Assembly: GCA_963924565.1 (NCBI GenBank)
Contig: OZ004612.1
Location: forward strand, 7,192,001 to 7,256,000
Length of the DNA: 64,000 nt
Source: Ascidiella aspersa
Taxonomy: Eukaryota
Direction of reading: 5' to 3'
Of the stretch, positions 26,901 to 38,953 are shown one piece after another. Numbering within the stretch: the stretch's first letter is position 1; each line of letters starts with the position of its first letter. The notes beneath the pieces were generated by a model that worked only from the letters and a program-made list of their open reading frames with translations, was not told where the DNA came from and searched no databases. The translations under genes and the position numbers were made by a program.

Positions 26901-29900
26901 CTAGACTTCAATCTGAATTTTGTTTATAGATCACCGCCTCTAGTGTCAACGGTGAAGCCAATCATACACTTACCACACATAATTATCAAGGGTTTGGTGG
27001 AGTTACAATTGACACTAGTAGTCATGGAAGAGGGGTCAATATTACCTTTACGGTTTGTTATTTTTGTACTTTCCAAGGCATGGCATAGGGCCTTAAATGT
27101 GATATGAATTTATCCCAAAAATGTAATATGAGTTTATTTAACCGAAAATGTTATTAAACACAAAAGACACAATTTTAATTATAAAGGGCACAATTTCAAA
27201 ACCTAATTGTTGTGCAACCGAACCACAGTTAAAACGGCAAAGCTTATGATGAAATTTTAACTGATCTAAGAAAAATCGAGCATAATTTTATCCAATGGTT
27301 TAGGGCAGGCCACTTTTATTGTAAACTTATAATGCAAATTATTTTTTTATTATTTTGAATTACTCTTTTGAAGCACTATTTTTAACATGTATTATCGTCA
27401 GAAATAACATTTGAGCAATTCTCCGTATATTATAATGCGAACTGAAACACAGGTGCAATCATTTTCGTGCGAGAGAGAAAGCACGATTAAGGCCGTGGAC
27501 GGATTTTGTTATTTGCCTGATCCCTCAACTGCAGTGACTACTCCAAATCCGTCAACCACGAAACAAGAAATTAAAACAGGTTTTAAAATATCAGTTAATC
27601 CTGGCATTTCTTCCAATGCCAATTTTCCTTGAATTACAGATGGCGACCCCTCATCTGACTTTGAATTACGGATAGTCAGTAAGTGAAACATGCGAAATTA
27701 TTTCTTTGGATTTGCTTACTTGTACTTGTTGCTTCAAGCTTTAGCTGTGATTAACCGCTTGTTGTGTTTACATTTAGGTGGCGCTGTTGGCGCTGGTGTG
27801 CTTTTCCTAATTCTAATTGCTGTTGGGTGCGTCGTATACAGAAGGTATGAATATCATAGTATTGTAGGTTGATTGTATTATAAAAAAACAAATATATTCA
27901 TGCTGGGTAGATTTAACTGTTTGCTTTATTATTACCAACTATATCATTGGGCTCTAGCATGAATAATTCACGACAATAAGGAGGATTTAGGATTTCGTTA
28001 ACGAGTGCATAAAAATGTTTAGTACGACATCACAAATTTACCCTAAAAATAAATTATCCAGTGGTCCACTAAAAATGGCACAAGGACCCACATTTAGGCC
28101 GCGGCCCACATTTTGTCGACCACTGAACTATAGCATTACAATCTTTGGACACCTTAATGTCTCTTAGTCAGAGCTATTTACATTTTTTAGTCTCATTAGA
28201 ATTAAATGCTATATACGTTTCACTGGTCTGAGAATTTAATTACAGATACGCCCGAAATGTGAAACCACAAGATAAAATTCAACCCACCGTCAGTTTCTAT
28301 TCGAACGGTAAGGTTCAAGAAACAAATCTCGCTTGATAAAATGTATTATTTGTTTAAGCAAACATAGTATACTGTCGTTTATTGTTTTGTTGTCGTGCAT
28401 TGTTTTCAGTTGTGGAAGAAAACCGCCAGGATGACGTCAATAAAGCGGGACCGTCGCGACCACCGGAAAATGTTTGTAGATGTTTTAGAATTGTAGACGT
28501 AAATGCAATTCGTGCAGGGAACTGTTTTTTTTTTTTAATTTACAATTTGAAAATCCATACGTGAACGTGGAAATAAAACGACCGAAAAAAGCTGCAGAAA
28601 AACAGAAATTTAAGCTGAAGATCGCCTACGAGAAAAATTCGGCTGAAAACTGCAAAATATTTTCCAAAGAATTTCAGGTAACGTTTCCCAAATATTGCAC
28701 GTAAAGTTTTAATGTTTGTAGGAAATCATTCGAATTGATAACAGCACACCGAAATCCTGCAAACAAGCCACATCAGATTTAAATGCACCTCGAAACCGGT
28801 ACAAGAACATATTTACATTTAAGTGTACATATCGATTATCCGTTTTAAATTTAATGTAATCGCTAGCTAGTTACGGCAATTTTAATTAATAGTGTTCAAA
28901 GAAAGTTAATTTTCTTTACAATCATTGCTTTGTTGTGAATACACACGGCCTACTATTTTAACCAAGCATGAACAATATTTTATAGACGACCACTCTAGAG
29001 TGTTTGTTTTTGGTGGGAGTGAAGGAAACGATTACATCAACGCCTCCTACATTCCGGTAAGGCCTCGTGATTTTACTTTCAAAACAAATTTGATTGACAG
29101 AAACTTTGTTTCCTTGTAGCGTTAACTTTCTTCACTTTTTTAGGGCTACCAAAATGACAAGAAATTTATTGCTACCCAAGGACCAAAGCCAAACACCATT
29201 CCCGACTTTTGGCTGATGGTTTGGCAGCAAGAATCCTCGGTGGTTGTAATGTTAACCAGACTGACAGAATACGGAAAGGTAAAATGTGTTAACAAATGCT
29301 GAAGCATATAAACACGCGACAAAAAATAGGTTAACTATACCGACAAAGGCTGCGGACTCGAGTCGGGACTCGGGACTCGACCTAGTCGGTTTGTTTTGCT
29401 TGATACGAAATCGGATCTCAAAACTCGAATAAGACTACATAAAACTATCCGAGTCCGCAGTAGCAATTTGCGAAACTGATAAGGCCAAAATTGTAATATC
29501 GTAAAGGAGAATAGCATGTGGTGGAACATTTACCAAGCACGTGTTATGGAGGAATAAATTGGGTGACTAGCCAATACGATTGTATTATTTTGTATCCACA
29601 TTTTTTTTTGTATTTCGCGGCACTGACACCGACCGCTCTAAATAACACCTTAACAACTTAACTTCCGCACATAAAAATAATTTTTGTAGGCAATAAACAA
29701 ATCCCATTGCACTTTTCATTACCTGTACCATACTGTTGTTTGTTGTCTTGACTTTAGAAAAAGTGTGAGCTGTACTGGCCAGATTTGGGACAACAGGAAA
29801 CATATGGTCTTGTGATCGTCATTCTGGAAGAAGAAATCCACGTCGGGGGAATAATCAGAAGAAAATTCACCTTGAAAAAGGGAAATTTACAAGTTGGTCT

Positions 29901-32900
29901 ACTACAGTATTTGTATTTATCGTTTAGCCTACTACATATAGTTCCATTTGTAATCCGTATGTGTTATTTCGCATTTTCACTATGTTTATAGAGAACCTTG
30001 ATCCACCTGCAATATACCACGTGGCCCGACCACGGTATTCCAGTGACAACATCGAACATGATTTACCTGAGAAAAATGGTGGAAGAATTAAGAGATATAT
30101 CAAAACCAGTAGTTATTCATTGCAGGTAATCTGTTGAACCCTTCAAACAAATCAATATGCTTTTAAAACCAAATATTACAGAGTAAATGTGACTTCTATT
30201 TTATTTTTTATATAACTGAAAATCAAACGACGCTTATTTAAAAAACTCACCAAGTCCTGATCCTCTAATGTTTACAATCTACCAACAATGTCGTTTAAAG
30301 GTCATACACACATCTATATCGTTGTAGCGACTCTGTACCTCTACCTAGCGGTAATTTATCTGCCCAACAATATTCCTGTGAAATTCCATACATCGCCTTC
30401 GGCTTGTGTCTGCTTTATGCCTTTGTACCGACTCTCTTTTTAAAAGACCGGCTCTGTCTCTCATCACGACCAGATTTAACTTATCTGATTTTCCTTGCTT
30501 TCCTCTGCTCGACCTAGTGTAATGCAATAAACTACACCAGCTAGCACTACACTTATATTAGTCGGCAATATTTTATTTAGATTGCACTACATCGTAATAG
30601 GATATACTTACCTACATATGCCTACACAGTGCCGGAGCAGGACGAACGGGGACTTACATCGCCATGGACACCCTGTTTGACCAACTTGACGCTAAAGAGA
30701 ACATCGATGCTTCTACTGTTGTGTCAAAGATGAGGGAATGCCGAACAGACATGGTTCAGACCCTAGTGAGTAAAGCCGTTTTTAATTGACAATTATATAT
30801 CATTACTTGCAGCTTACTTAACATTTGAGTATTGCCACGTGTAGCTTACCTGACAGTTGGCTCAACTTTGTTCTGCAATATGACAAGAAATAAAGTGTAA
30901 TAGGCAGGTTATATTAAGTTATGCTATTTTTAATGTACCAGTAGTACCGTGGCCTTCTGAATTAGATTGTTAAACAACACATATACCTCTTGAAACAGGA
31001 AGAGTACAAGTTCATTCACAAACTGCTTGCTGAGCATGAAATGTTTCCCGACTTTGACCGATCGACAAGCGATCTCCAAACTATGACTAAATACGAATTG
31101 TAAGTAAGCGAGATTTATAAAACAAATTTTAGTAAAAGTTTTTTCGTTTACCCACTCGCCATATAGGCATAGTTTATTTCTATTTGAGCCCAAAACCACT
31201 AATCACCAAGACTACCCTTAATTTTTTGGTTAATTATTTTCCTATCAGGAAACAATGTTTCGCTACGTATAGCATTTAGGTTATAATGAGCACTTGGAAC
31301 ACGTACACTGAAAATAATGTCTTAATTAGTATCACATCAATACCTATATTGCTTTCTCTGTTTCATACCATGAATTTACAAATTACAGGGACTTGATTGG
31401 ATCCGAAGAGTTTGCGCCTTTTTCGGAATCATTGGGGAACTCGGATAAGATATGTCAGTGCTACACATTGACCAACATCACCTGATAATGTTTTTCGATT
31501 TAACCTTATTTTAAAACTAACGCTTTTATGCTTTTAGACGATAATTTCAGCGTCTCAACGTGGGTGGATAGACGTCAGGAAGTGGTTAGGATGAATGCTT
31601 CCTATATACAGGTTTGTTGTGTACAGTTAAGTGTAAAAACGTTTGCTACAGGGAGCGTGCAAATAGTTTACACGGAGTTGTCTCTTGTTAATGCAACCTA
31701 CTGGATATTTAAATAATCGATTTTAGAAGTGGTTAGGTGAACTTAAAGTTGTAGTAATTAAGTAGAGTCGCATTCGAAAAGAACCACATCTCATCCCAGT
31801 ATACGGTATACAGTACCCCTTATTTTAAATTGGGCTTTAGTACTACTCGTGGCTTTTGGTGATAGCTTTCGTAAAATTGACTACAATGAATAAACAAGTC
31901 TATGGGTATTTTTTTCATCTTTTACAGTAGGATTTGGTTTGCGTTTGTCATTGGTTACATTAACTTACAACCACTATGGAGGCCGATTAGTCACTCTAAA
32001 GAGGCCTACATCTTAATTTTTGAACTAAAGAACCTAGGTTTCGCAATTGACTTCATTGCGTCTCAACAACCAGACAGCAAAACTGAGCAAGTGTTTTGGA
32101 AAGCTGCCGTGGAGCAACGAGTTGACGTCATCGTTAGTCTGGTGACTAGTTTTACATTATTTTCTATTAACGATATAGGCCTGCTTTTTTTTTGCTTACA
32201 AAAATATTTTATGCCAACACTTTACTTCAAATTTAGATTTCGAAAACTTTTGCATTTGTTTGCATTTTAACCCAAAATCCGACTAGGTTTTAAATAACAT
32301 CACATTGCCTTATTCTTTCTCAGGATGACCAGCGTGACCGTTTTGATTCATTTGATTCAAACTCTTTGATTTTACTTGGAAACAACATAAGCATTCAAAT
32401 AACGTCCGTCAATGACGACGAAGGGCATTCAGCGAAGTCTCTGTTGGTCAAGGTTAATGGTATTATTAAGGTATGGACTTAAACAGACTTGACTTTTTTA
32501 TGACCACTTTTAGAACTTACGGAACAATACGTAAATTGTACGTTTTAAGTTAAATAGGGGTTTCACCGCGAATATCCGTGACAGCGCGAACAGGTTCCCT
32601 GTAGAACTTTATATATTTAAACGTACCATATTGAATCTTGTATTTCGTCTTCTAGAAGTAAAAAACAGTAAAATAAAATAATTTCGGCGACTAACTGCTG
32701 ACATATGTGCTCTTGACAGAAAACCAGGAAGATTTCTTACCTGGTCGTCAAAGGCTGGTGCAACCCAGGTGCGCCACCAAGTATAGATTCAATACTGGAA
32801 GCTGTTTCATCGATGCACAGATTGCTACACAATGCAACAAGAGAAGGGAGAGTACTTGTTTTCTGCAAGTATGTGCTTGTTTTTAGTTTACGGTAGAAAC

Positions 32901-34294
32901 TACCTTAACAAAAAACATGTATATTCAAATACAGGTGCCCACATCAATATTAAAACACAATATGGATGCCGATAATATCAGATCGGAGCCGATACTCGAT
33001 GCCAAGTGGTAGTATCGGTAGTCGTCCGATACTAGACTGGTATGAGTGCCGATCTGATACCAAATTAAAATGGGGATTTTAGCTTTAATGTGAGATGCAA
33101 ATCAGCGATATCTACCTTATAATGTAAATGTATCAAAAAACAAAACTCTAACAACTTGATGTTCCCATACTTTTTACCAAAAAGCTAATTTTGCCCAAAT
33201 AATCTTGAAAAAAAATACCCCTTAAAAATCCCATATTTTATTTTATGAATATCTGAGCATCGTAACGACGTATTTGGTATTGGATGGGATTGTGATAAAT
33301 TTTGTTTAAAATATCTGGTATTGGTATCGGAATAAAATGTCAAGTATCGGACAACACTAAATACCAATAATGAAAAATAGGATCAGTCATTATAAATTTG
33401 CGCTTAAATACAATAGCTGCAAATTGCTGACCAATGAACAGTAAACCATCTATTAGAATTCTTAAACCAGACAAACACAGAAGCATGTACACGTGGACAA
33501 AAATCTTTTGTTCGATAAAAAATCTTTGATAATCCTTAAAATAAACGTTTGACCTATTCAAATTGCTTATCAAGGCTTAATTTAGTTCCCACGATCCATT
33601 CAAGTTCGAGTCAAATGTGTTGTTTGTGTTGAACTCAATTACTAGTTTTCGCTTATACAGGGATGGACGAAATTCAACTGGTATTTTCATTGCCCTGGTG
33701 AACATTCTAGAACGTCTTATGGCTCAGAAAAAAGTAGATGTTTTCCGAACCGTGAAGGATCTTCGTGATCTGAGACCAAATATAATAGATAATCTGGTAA
33801 GTATTGAGCTATTCAAAATCAAATTTTCGAATATGTTGTTCTTAACGCCCTAAAACAGCGGTTGTTAACCAGTAACCCCCCCTTTTTGCGCGAATGTGTA
33901 ATGTTATTTGTTGTATATAGCCTTTGCATTGTGTATGATCACATGTTTGTAAACACGATTAACGCAAAGTTTAATTTTGTTTCACGCTTTGCCCGATTAA
34001 GTGTCAACTTTTGTAGCTTATTGTAGTCCCACTGATATGTTATCAAAGAATTCCTAATTTTTGTTTCGTAGGATACATATGTAATATCTGGGGGAGGGCG
34101 CAAGCACAGGATAATTACCAATTGGGGCGCGGTAGGAAAAAGGTTTAGAACCACTGTCCTAAAGAGTATTTGCGCTAATGCTTAAGAGAACATCTTTATT
34201 CGTTCAGGATTGCTACATGTTCATCTACAATGCTGTTCTGGCCTACTTGTCATCAACCAACCCCTACGTTAACTGGACTCAAAAAATAACATAA
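20916..34294 (+). CDS. Receptor-type protein tyrosine phosphatase with C-type-lectin-like and FN3 ectodomain, copy 1 (two damaged splice sites, possibly a pseudogene)
   Basis: Exons 20916-20994 (signal peptide [19 protein letters not shown]), 21525-21704 (CTLD N-half), 24880-25001, 25294-25458, 26030-26224 (CTLD C-half), 26323-26432, 26523-26630, 26707-26871, 26930-27052, 27453-27579 (FN3/stalk), 27640-27678, 27778-27844 (TM), 28246-28307, 28410-28471, 28546-28677, 28722-28818 (RNRY), 28986-29056 (DYINAS), 29144-29278 ([13 protein letters not shown]), 29758-29892 (KCELYWP), 29992-30125 (WPDHG..IHCS), 30630-30765 (AGAGRTG), 30999-31099, 31389-31453, 31538-31611, 32031-32141, 32324-32452, 32720-32868, 33661-33796, 34208-34294 (stop). 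Confidence 0.85.
21760..22160. mobile_element. Degenerate CCGAT/ATCGG-rich MITE in PTP intron 2 (also ~37225-37635 and ~52525-52935)
   Basis: Clusters of TCCGATA/TATCGGA motifs at both ends, terminating GACATCCC. Resembles the element at 32960-33360. Confidence 0.5.
22294..23024. mobile_element. hAT-like MITE specific to unit 1, with a nested insertion
   Basis: TIRs CAGGGTTTCCCAAACT and AGTTTGGGAAACCATG, GGTCCGCG subterminal repeats, TSD agttaaag/agttaagc. Absent from the equivalent site in units 2 and 3 (~37750, ~53050). Confidence 0.8.
23877..23951 (-). other. tRNA-like sequence (pseudo-tRNA or SINE head), unit 1
   Basis: Minus strand AGCCATAG-TAGCTTAGTTGGTAGA (A box)...GTGAGTACGAACC (B box-like)...CAGGCT followed by a T-rich tract. 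Cloverleaf imperfect. Confidence 0.6.
24175..24229 (+). other. tRNA-like sequence, internally deleted, unit 1
   Basis: AGCCTG...GGTTCAAAACTCACCCAGGCT; shorter than the unit 2 and 3 versions. Confidence 0.5.
25730..25980. repeat. Dispersed intronic repeat (homologs ~40465-40715, 44345-44535, 55765-56015, 59646-59836)
   Basis: The gatgggag..gtaagtttaga..acaacccacgacttga..caaattgac..tatttgtaaatg block occurs at two non-equivalent positions within units 2 and 3. Confidence 0.65.
29345..29625. mobile_element. GACTCGG-rich hAT-like MITE, unit 1 (internally deleted)
   Basis: Starts AAAGGCTGCGGACTC, ends CGCGGCACTG; flanks ataccgac/acaccgac. Confidence 0.65.
32960..33360. mobile_element. CCGATA/TATCGG-rich MITE (also ~48260-48660 and ~63565-63966)
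   Basis: Repeated CCGATAC/GTATCGG motifs at both ends, terminating ATCGGACAACACTA. Confidence 0.6.
33856..34156. mobile_element. hAT-like MITE in the last PTP intron (also 49156-49456)
   Basis: TIR CAGCGGTTGTTAACC / GGTTTAGAACCACTG, GGGCGC subterminal motifs, TSD ccctaaaa/tcctaaag. Confidence 0.7.
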
Positions 34295-37200
34295 AGAAAT
34301 AGATTACCCTATTTAAGAAGAATGTACTATTTAAGAAGAATTTAAACTTATACAGAAAAAATATGTAGATTATGTTGTCTATGTTGAAAAAGCACGAAGA
34401 TACTCATTTTCAAAAAACAAATGAGTACAAAGATATTCATTGAGGGAGGCATTACTCGGCATACGCTTCGATCTTTGATAAATCTCTTTCGTGCCCTTCT
34501 GTTGTGCGTTCGTGGGTTCTATATCGTTTGATTGCACACAATGCCGTAACAAACGTGCCTTGCCCTTTTCCCAATAAAATATAATAATGAAGTCCAACGC
34601 TGTGGTGAAAGTTCTTGTTTGATTGAGTTAGTTGCCTTGTAAAAAGGATTTAGCGAATTGTATTGTTAGTACCCTAATATTTGCTACTGTTGATTACTAT
34701 TAGAGCTAACAGTGGAAAATTTACGAACCCCTATTCGCCGCCAAACAAAAGGAGTGGGAATAAAAAACTTTTCACCGTTATTAACAGATCCGCTTCGTGG
34801 GAAAAGAACGTTTTACGCACAAACTTAGGTCGTAGCAGCAATTGTTTAACTTCCGTGATATTCAAGCAAATAAGTAATTCCTGTACCAAACTGCATCAAA
34901 CGAAAGAAAAATCTCGTTAGAACATAAAAATTGCCTAATGTCTGCTGCAATAAACGCGATATTTTTGCGAACTCTGCCTAGATGTTGCAGGGGTTATCAA
35001 TATCCAAATATATTTTTGGGTGGTTTATTTACGATGTCCGTGTCGGTTCTAAGGTGTCTTAAGAGAACTATGGTATAAGGATACGGTCCCTGTGATAGCA
35101 GTAGTTTTATGTTTTGCATGATATTCAAACAAACGCAAAAAGGTAATCCCTGCATCAGATGTCTTCCAACCTTTGGCGTGGTTAAACTTATTGTTAAAAG
35201 CGTTTAAAATACGACCGCGTAAACAGGAAAATTGCTTTGGGCTTTTGAGGCTACAACGCCGATTATTTATCCCTAAAAAACACTTACTGCATCTTATTTA
35301 CCCACGCTTGCCGATTTATTGCAAATTAGATGTGCTACAAAGGTTTGGAAATAACGCCCCAGCGTTACCTTTGACAAGGGTTTTTCGGTATTATTGGCCA
35401 GTTATAGATCTACAATTTCGATAAAGCATTTTCGACAGCACCCATTGTTTTAATATAAATAAATTAGTGTGCCGTTATAGTAGGACGACCTGCGAATAAT
35501 ATAAACAATGTACAACAGCAACGTTTCAGTTTCATGTTCTATTGCGAGTATCAACCCATATAAGTGCATAACACGTTATTCCATGACAGACATTTAGAAT
35601 ACAGTTTAGCCTATTTTAACATTCAAACTTCAATGTATGACATATAATCGACTGGGAGAGTAAAGCAACAGGTCGTTATCTATCTTGTGTTTGTTCGTTT
35701 GAAGTAAACAAAGTTAAAATAATAAATAAACCTACGTCCTTATTTCTTCGCGACAAACACATTATGGCATCTTCGAAAGTTATTTATCGTATCACGATTA
35801 AAAAAACATCAAACATCTCAAAAAATAGTGTTGTGTTTTTTTACAAAAAAATCCATAATACAGATTCTTTCCATTAATATATAGATTTGTTTTTTTTAAT
35901 TTGTAATATTTTCGAAATACCAGTTTTTACCACAAGTAAAGCCAATGGCACTTCACAATCACCTCAAATTAGCTTTTTGACAGAAAACGTACGATTTTTT
36001 AAAAGATTGAAACAAAAATAAATATTTCATTTGATGCGAAAACATAAATAATGTGAATCCTGACATATAGAGTTGTCACGTGTCTACTGCATTTATTTAA
36101 TAAAACAGAAACAAATTCCTAGTGTTATTTTATGGTTATACTATGAAAGCAATGGATTGGTTGACTTTTTGTTTGTGCTCGTTTGGTGTTGTGATTGCTT
36201 CGGCACCACAAACGTGTGGTATAACTCAACCCACGCAACCTACACAGGACAAGGAAATCAAATATTATTAGAACGATCGAGCGTGGTTCTTAACTTTTAC
36301 ATTAGTTGGAAAGCAGTTTGCGAGGTACCAATCTATCCTATGCTGCTCATCACTATACCGAACTGAAACTTGTTCTTGTAATTCAATGGCAGACAAAGTG
36401 GCTCGTTTATGGCTTCTGTTAGTATTAGCCTTAATTTCATCTATGAGGATAAAAGAAGGAGAAGGTTCGTTTGTTGCTGAATAGTTTAATTCATTTTAAA
36501 GGTAGGGTTGGATCTAAGGTTGGTGCGAATCCATGCTCCCCCAAATTGTATATTTTGCACATTTTAAAAATGTAAATGCAAAATGTTTCACGCTTTGCGC
36601 GAAACTAGACCATCCTTATACTATGTTTTAGCCAGTTTACAAAAACACTTTTTTGTTTAAAGATACCGTGCTGCTCATCGCACCCTATGAGATCACGTTC
36701 GTGGCCATATAGATTTTCCGTCGTTTTAATAAAAATTAAAAGACATATTTTCATACCACACTATAAAACGTTATGGCCCTTTTTTTCCTTTTTTATTTAA
36801 GTGATTAAAAAAGGTTATTTAAATTAACGTTGCGAAGTTTATTTCTATATGACGTCTGATTTAGAAGTACCTTTTAACAAAAATGTAGGTTAGAAGATTT
36901 ATTCTGTGAACAACGTTATTGAGATTGTTTTAAACAATAGTAATGCTTTTTAATGTGAATCTGCGATGTCCTTCTACTTATTGTTTGCAGCACACAACTT
37001 TATTCTATTTAACGTTGAAAATACGACTTACACATTATCTGATGAACTTGTGGATGCGAACACGGCAGCAGCGAAGTGTAAACTGTTGGGTGGAGCTCTT
37101 GCTGTTTTGAAAGATCGATCTATTAGGGATAAGTTTTATCAGGAGATTCAAAACAGATATTACAACCCGGGTAAGTCTATTTGTACGATCAAGGTGGTGT

Positions 37201-38599
37201 GAAACATCTGATGCTTTTGACAACAAGGTTGTCCTATATTGTCGAATCGGAGCCTAACCCGATGACAAGTGTTATTATAACTACCTGTCCGATACTCGGA
37301 TGGTATCGATGCCGATCCGATACATAATTGAACTATGCATTACGGTCATGTTTTGCGATCTTATGTAGGGTTTTATCACGGAAAAGAAATTCCTCAGATA
37401 TATAACTTAACAAATCGACAAACAAGCTTTCTAAGCAAAACGTAAAATTTAAGTCCAATACCCTAATCGTGAACATGATTCTTCACGGAATTAGCTTTGA
37501 GCTTATCCATTCGACCAAATTTGCTAACTTGGCGATTGTTATGACGTCATTCGTTATTGGATCGGATTGCGGTACGTTTCGCCCAAATTATTTGCTATCC
37601 GCATCGGAATAAAACATTTAGATCTGACATCCCAAGTGACAATATAACCTGGATTCGTAACAAAACGTGAGTCAAATTCCTGTTTAGTTGAATCGTTCTA
37701 CTGAACACAAATTGTTAATGGAGCAATCCAACTTCATCTTATCGCATTTAGTTTCCACTATATTCCACTATATACACAGCTTTGAGTCAAGTAATTACTT
37801 AAGCTCTAATCGTTCTAATAGATTTTATCAGTTATGTGAAAATATAATACCACTGACATTGATAAGAAGGCATTTGTTTACTACACAGCTATTAAAATAA
37901 ATAACATTTCAATTTTGTCTTTGAAGTTAGCTGTTTTACGATTTTCTAAAACATTATAAAATGAACTAAAGCACACTTTTTTTAAGATCTTCAAAGAGTT
38001 TACATCTTTTACGGCAAAGTTTGGGATAAAACAGTTTACAAATTCTCAAATGAATCAGCAATTCTAAAAGATTGGTCAAAGGCGAACGAACTTGGGCAAC
38101 TATCGTATTTGGACTTCTACAAAACGTGAGGGAATTTGATAAAATTACTATTAATTATATTTCAGGCCAACTAAAAAAAACAATTACGAGAATTAAAAAC
38201 GATTTCAAGATTTGAAGGGTATCCTACTTTTCAATTGCAATAAAACAAGTTCCGTCATTACAGGTTTCCGCAATGAACACACTTGTTTAACCACTACGCT
38301 AAAATAGGCAATTCATGTAGAGCGACTGTTGATGGTTAAATTAGATTGTTTAATCTAAAATTTGTGGCTAACGATCGGAGCTATTTGTATTTAATTCATT
38401 ATTTTGAGACCAGAAAAACATACTATGAAAGTTTAGGAATCACTGGATCAAACAGAATTTAACGTTTTGTAATTGTAATAAGCGAAGTGAACAGTTCGCA
38501 TACGCAATTTGTTTTCTGTAACCAGGACCTTCTGGAGACGTTCTGGTCAACGGTAACGACTAACATTATATATTACATCAGATAGCTAGATAAACAAAT

Positions 38600-38674
38600 A
38601 GTCTGTAGTGTGGTTTGTACTCACCACCTCCGGCCATTGCGGACCACCGGTCTACCAACTAAGCTACTATGGCT
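38600..38674 (-). other. tRNA-like sequence, unit 2
   Basis: Homolog of 23877-23951 with A box and B box-like motifs. Confidence 0.6.
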
Positions 38675-38876
38675 CAGAGGGCAGCGATCACAGCACCTTT
38701 GCCTGTTGCACCCTGTTTGTACAAACAACCTCAATTAAACGGGACTAAATTAACAGCCCACTCACTCAGGGTCTGATTACACATTGTGTATATGAACGTT
38801 TTTAGTTAAATAAATTTCTTCAATTAAGGGTGTGAGAACAAACAGGGTGCGGCAGGAAATGGTCGTTTTCGCTTTG

Positions 38877-38953
38877 AGCCTGTGTAGTTCACTTGATAGA
38901 GCGAGTCGGTCCCTGTAGGACGGGTGATCGTAGGTTCAAAACTCACCCAGGCT
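38877..38953 (+). other. tRNA-like sequence, unit 2
   Basis: Acceptor-like AGCCTG/CAGGCT, D stem GTTC/GAGC, A box TAGTTCACTTGATAGAG, hairpin GTCC-CTGTA-GGAC, B box GGTTCAAAAC. Confidence 0.6.

Larger units (their letters stand above)
18948..34439 (+). repeat. Tandem segmental unit 1 (~15.5 kb)
   Basis: Homology to the later units begins at ttgagggaggca (18948, 34440, 49740) and is colinear throughout. Confidence 0.92.

Noticed and set aside
29345-33360. CRISPR-like or satellite arrays from repeated GACTCGG and CCGATAC motifs
   Set aside because: Eukaryotic context, irregular spacing, and TIR/TSD boundaries identify them as MITE subterminal repeats.
38600-38953. Functional tRNA genes
   Set aside because: Stems are mismatched and anticodon arms are irregular, so they are reported only as tRNA-like.
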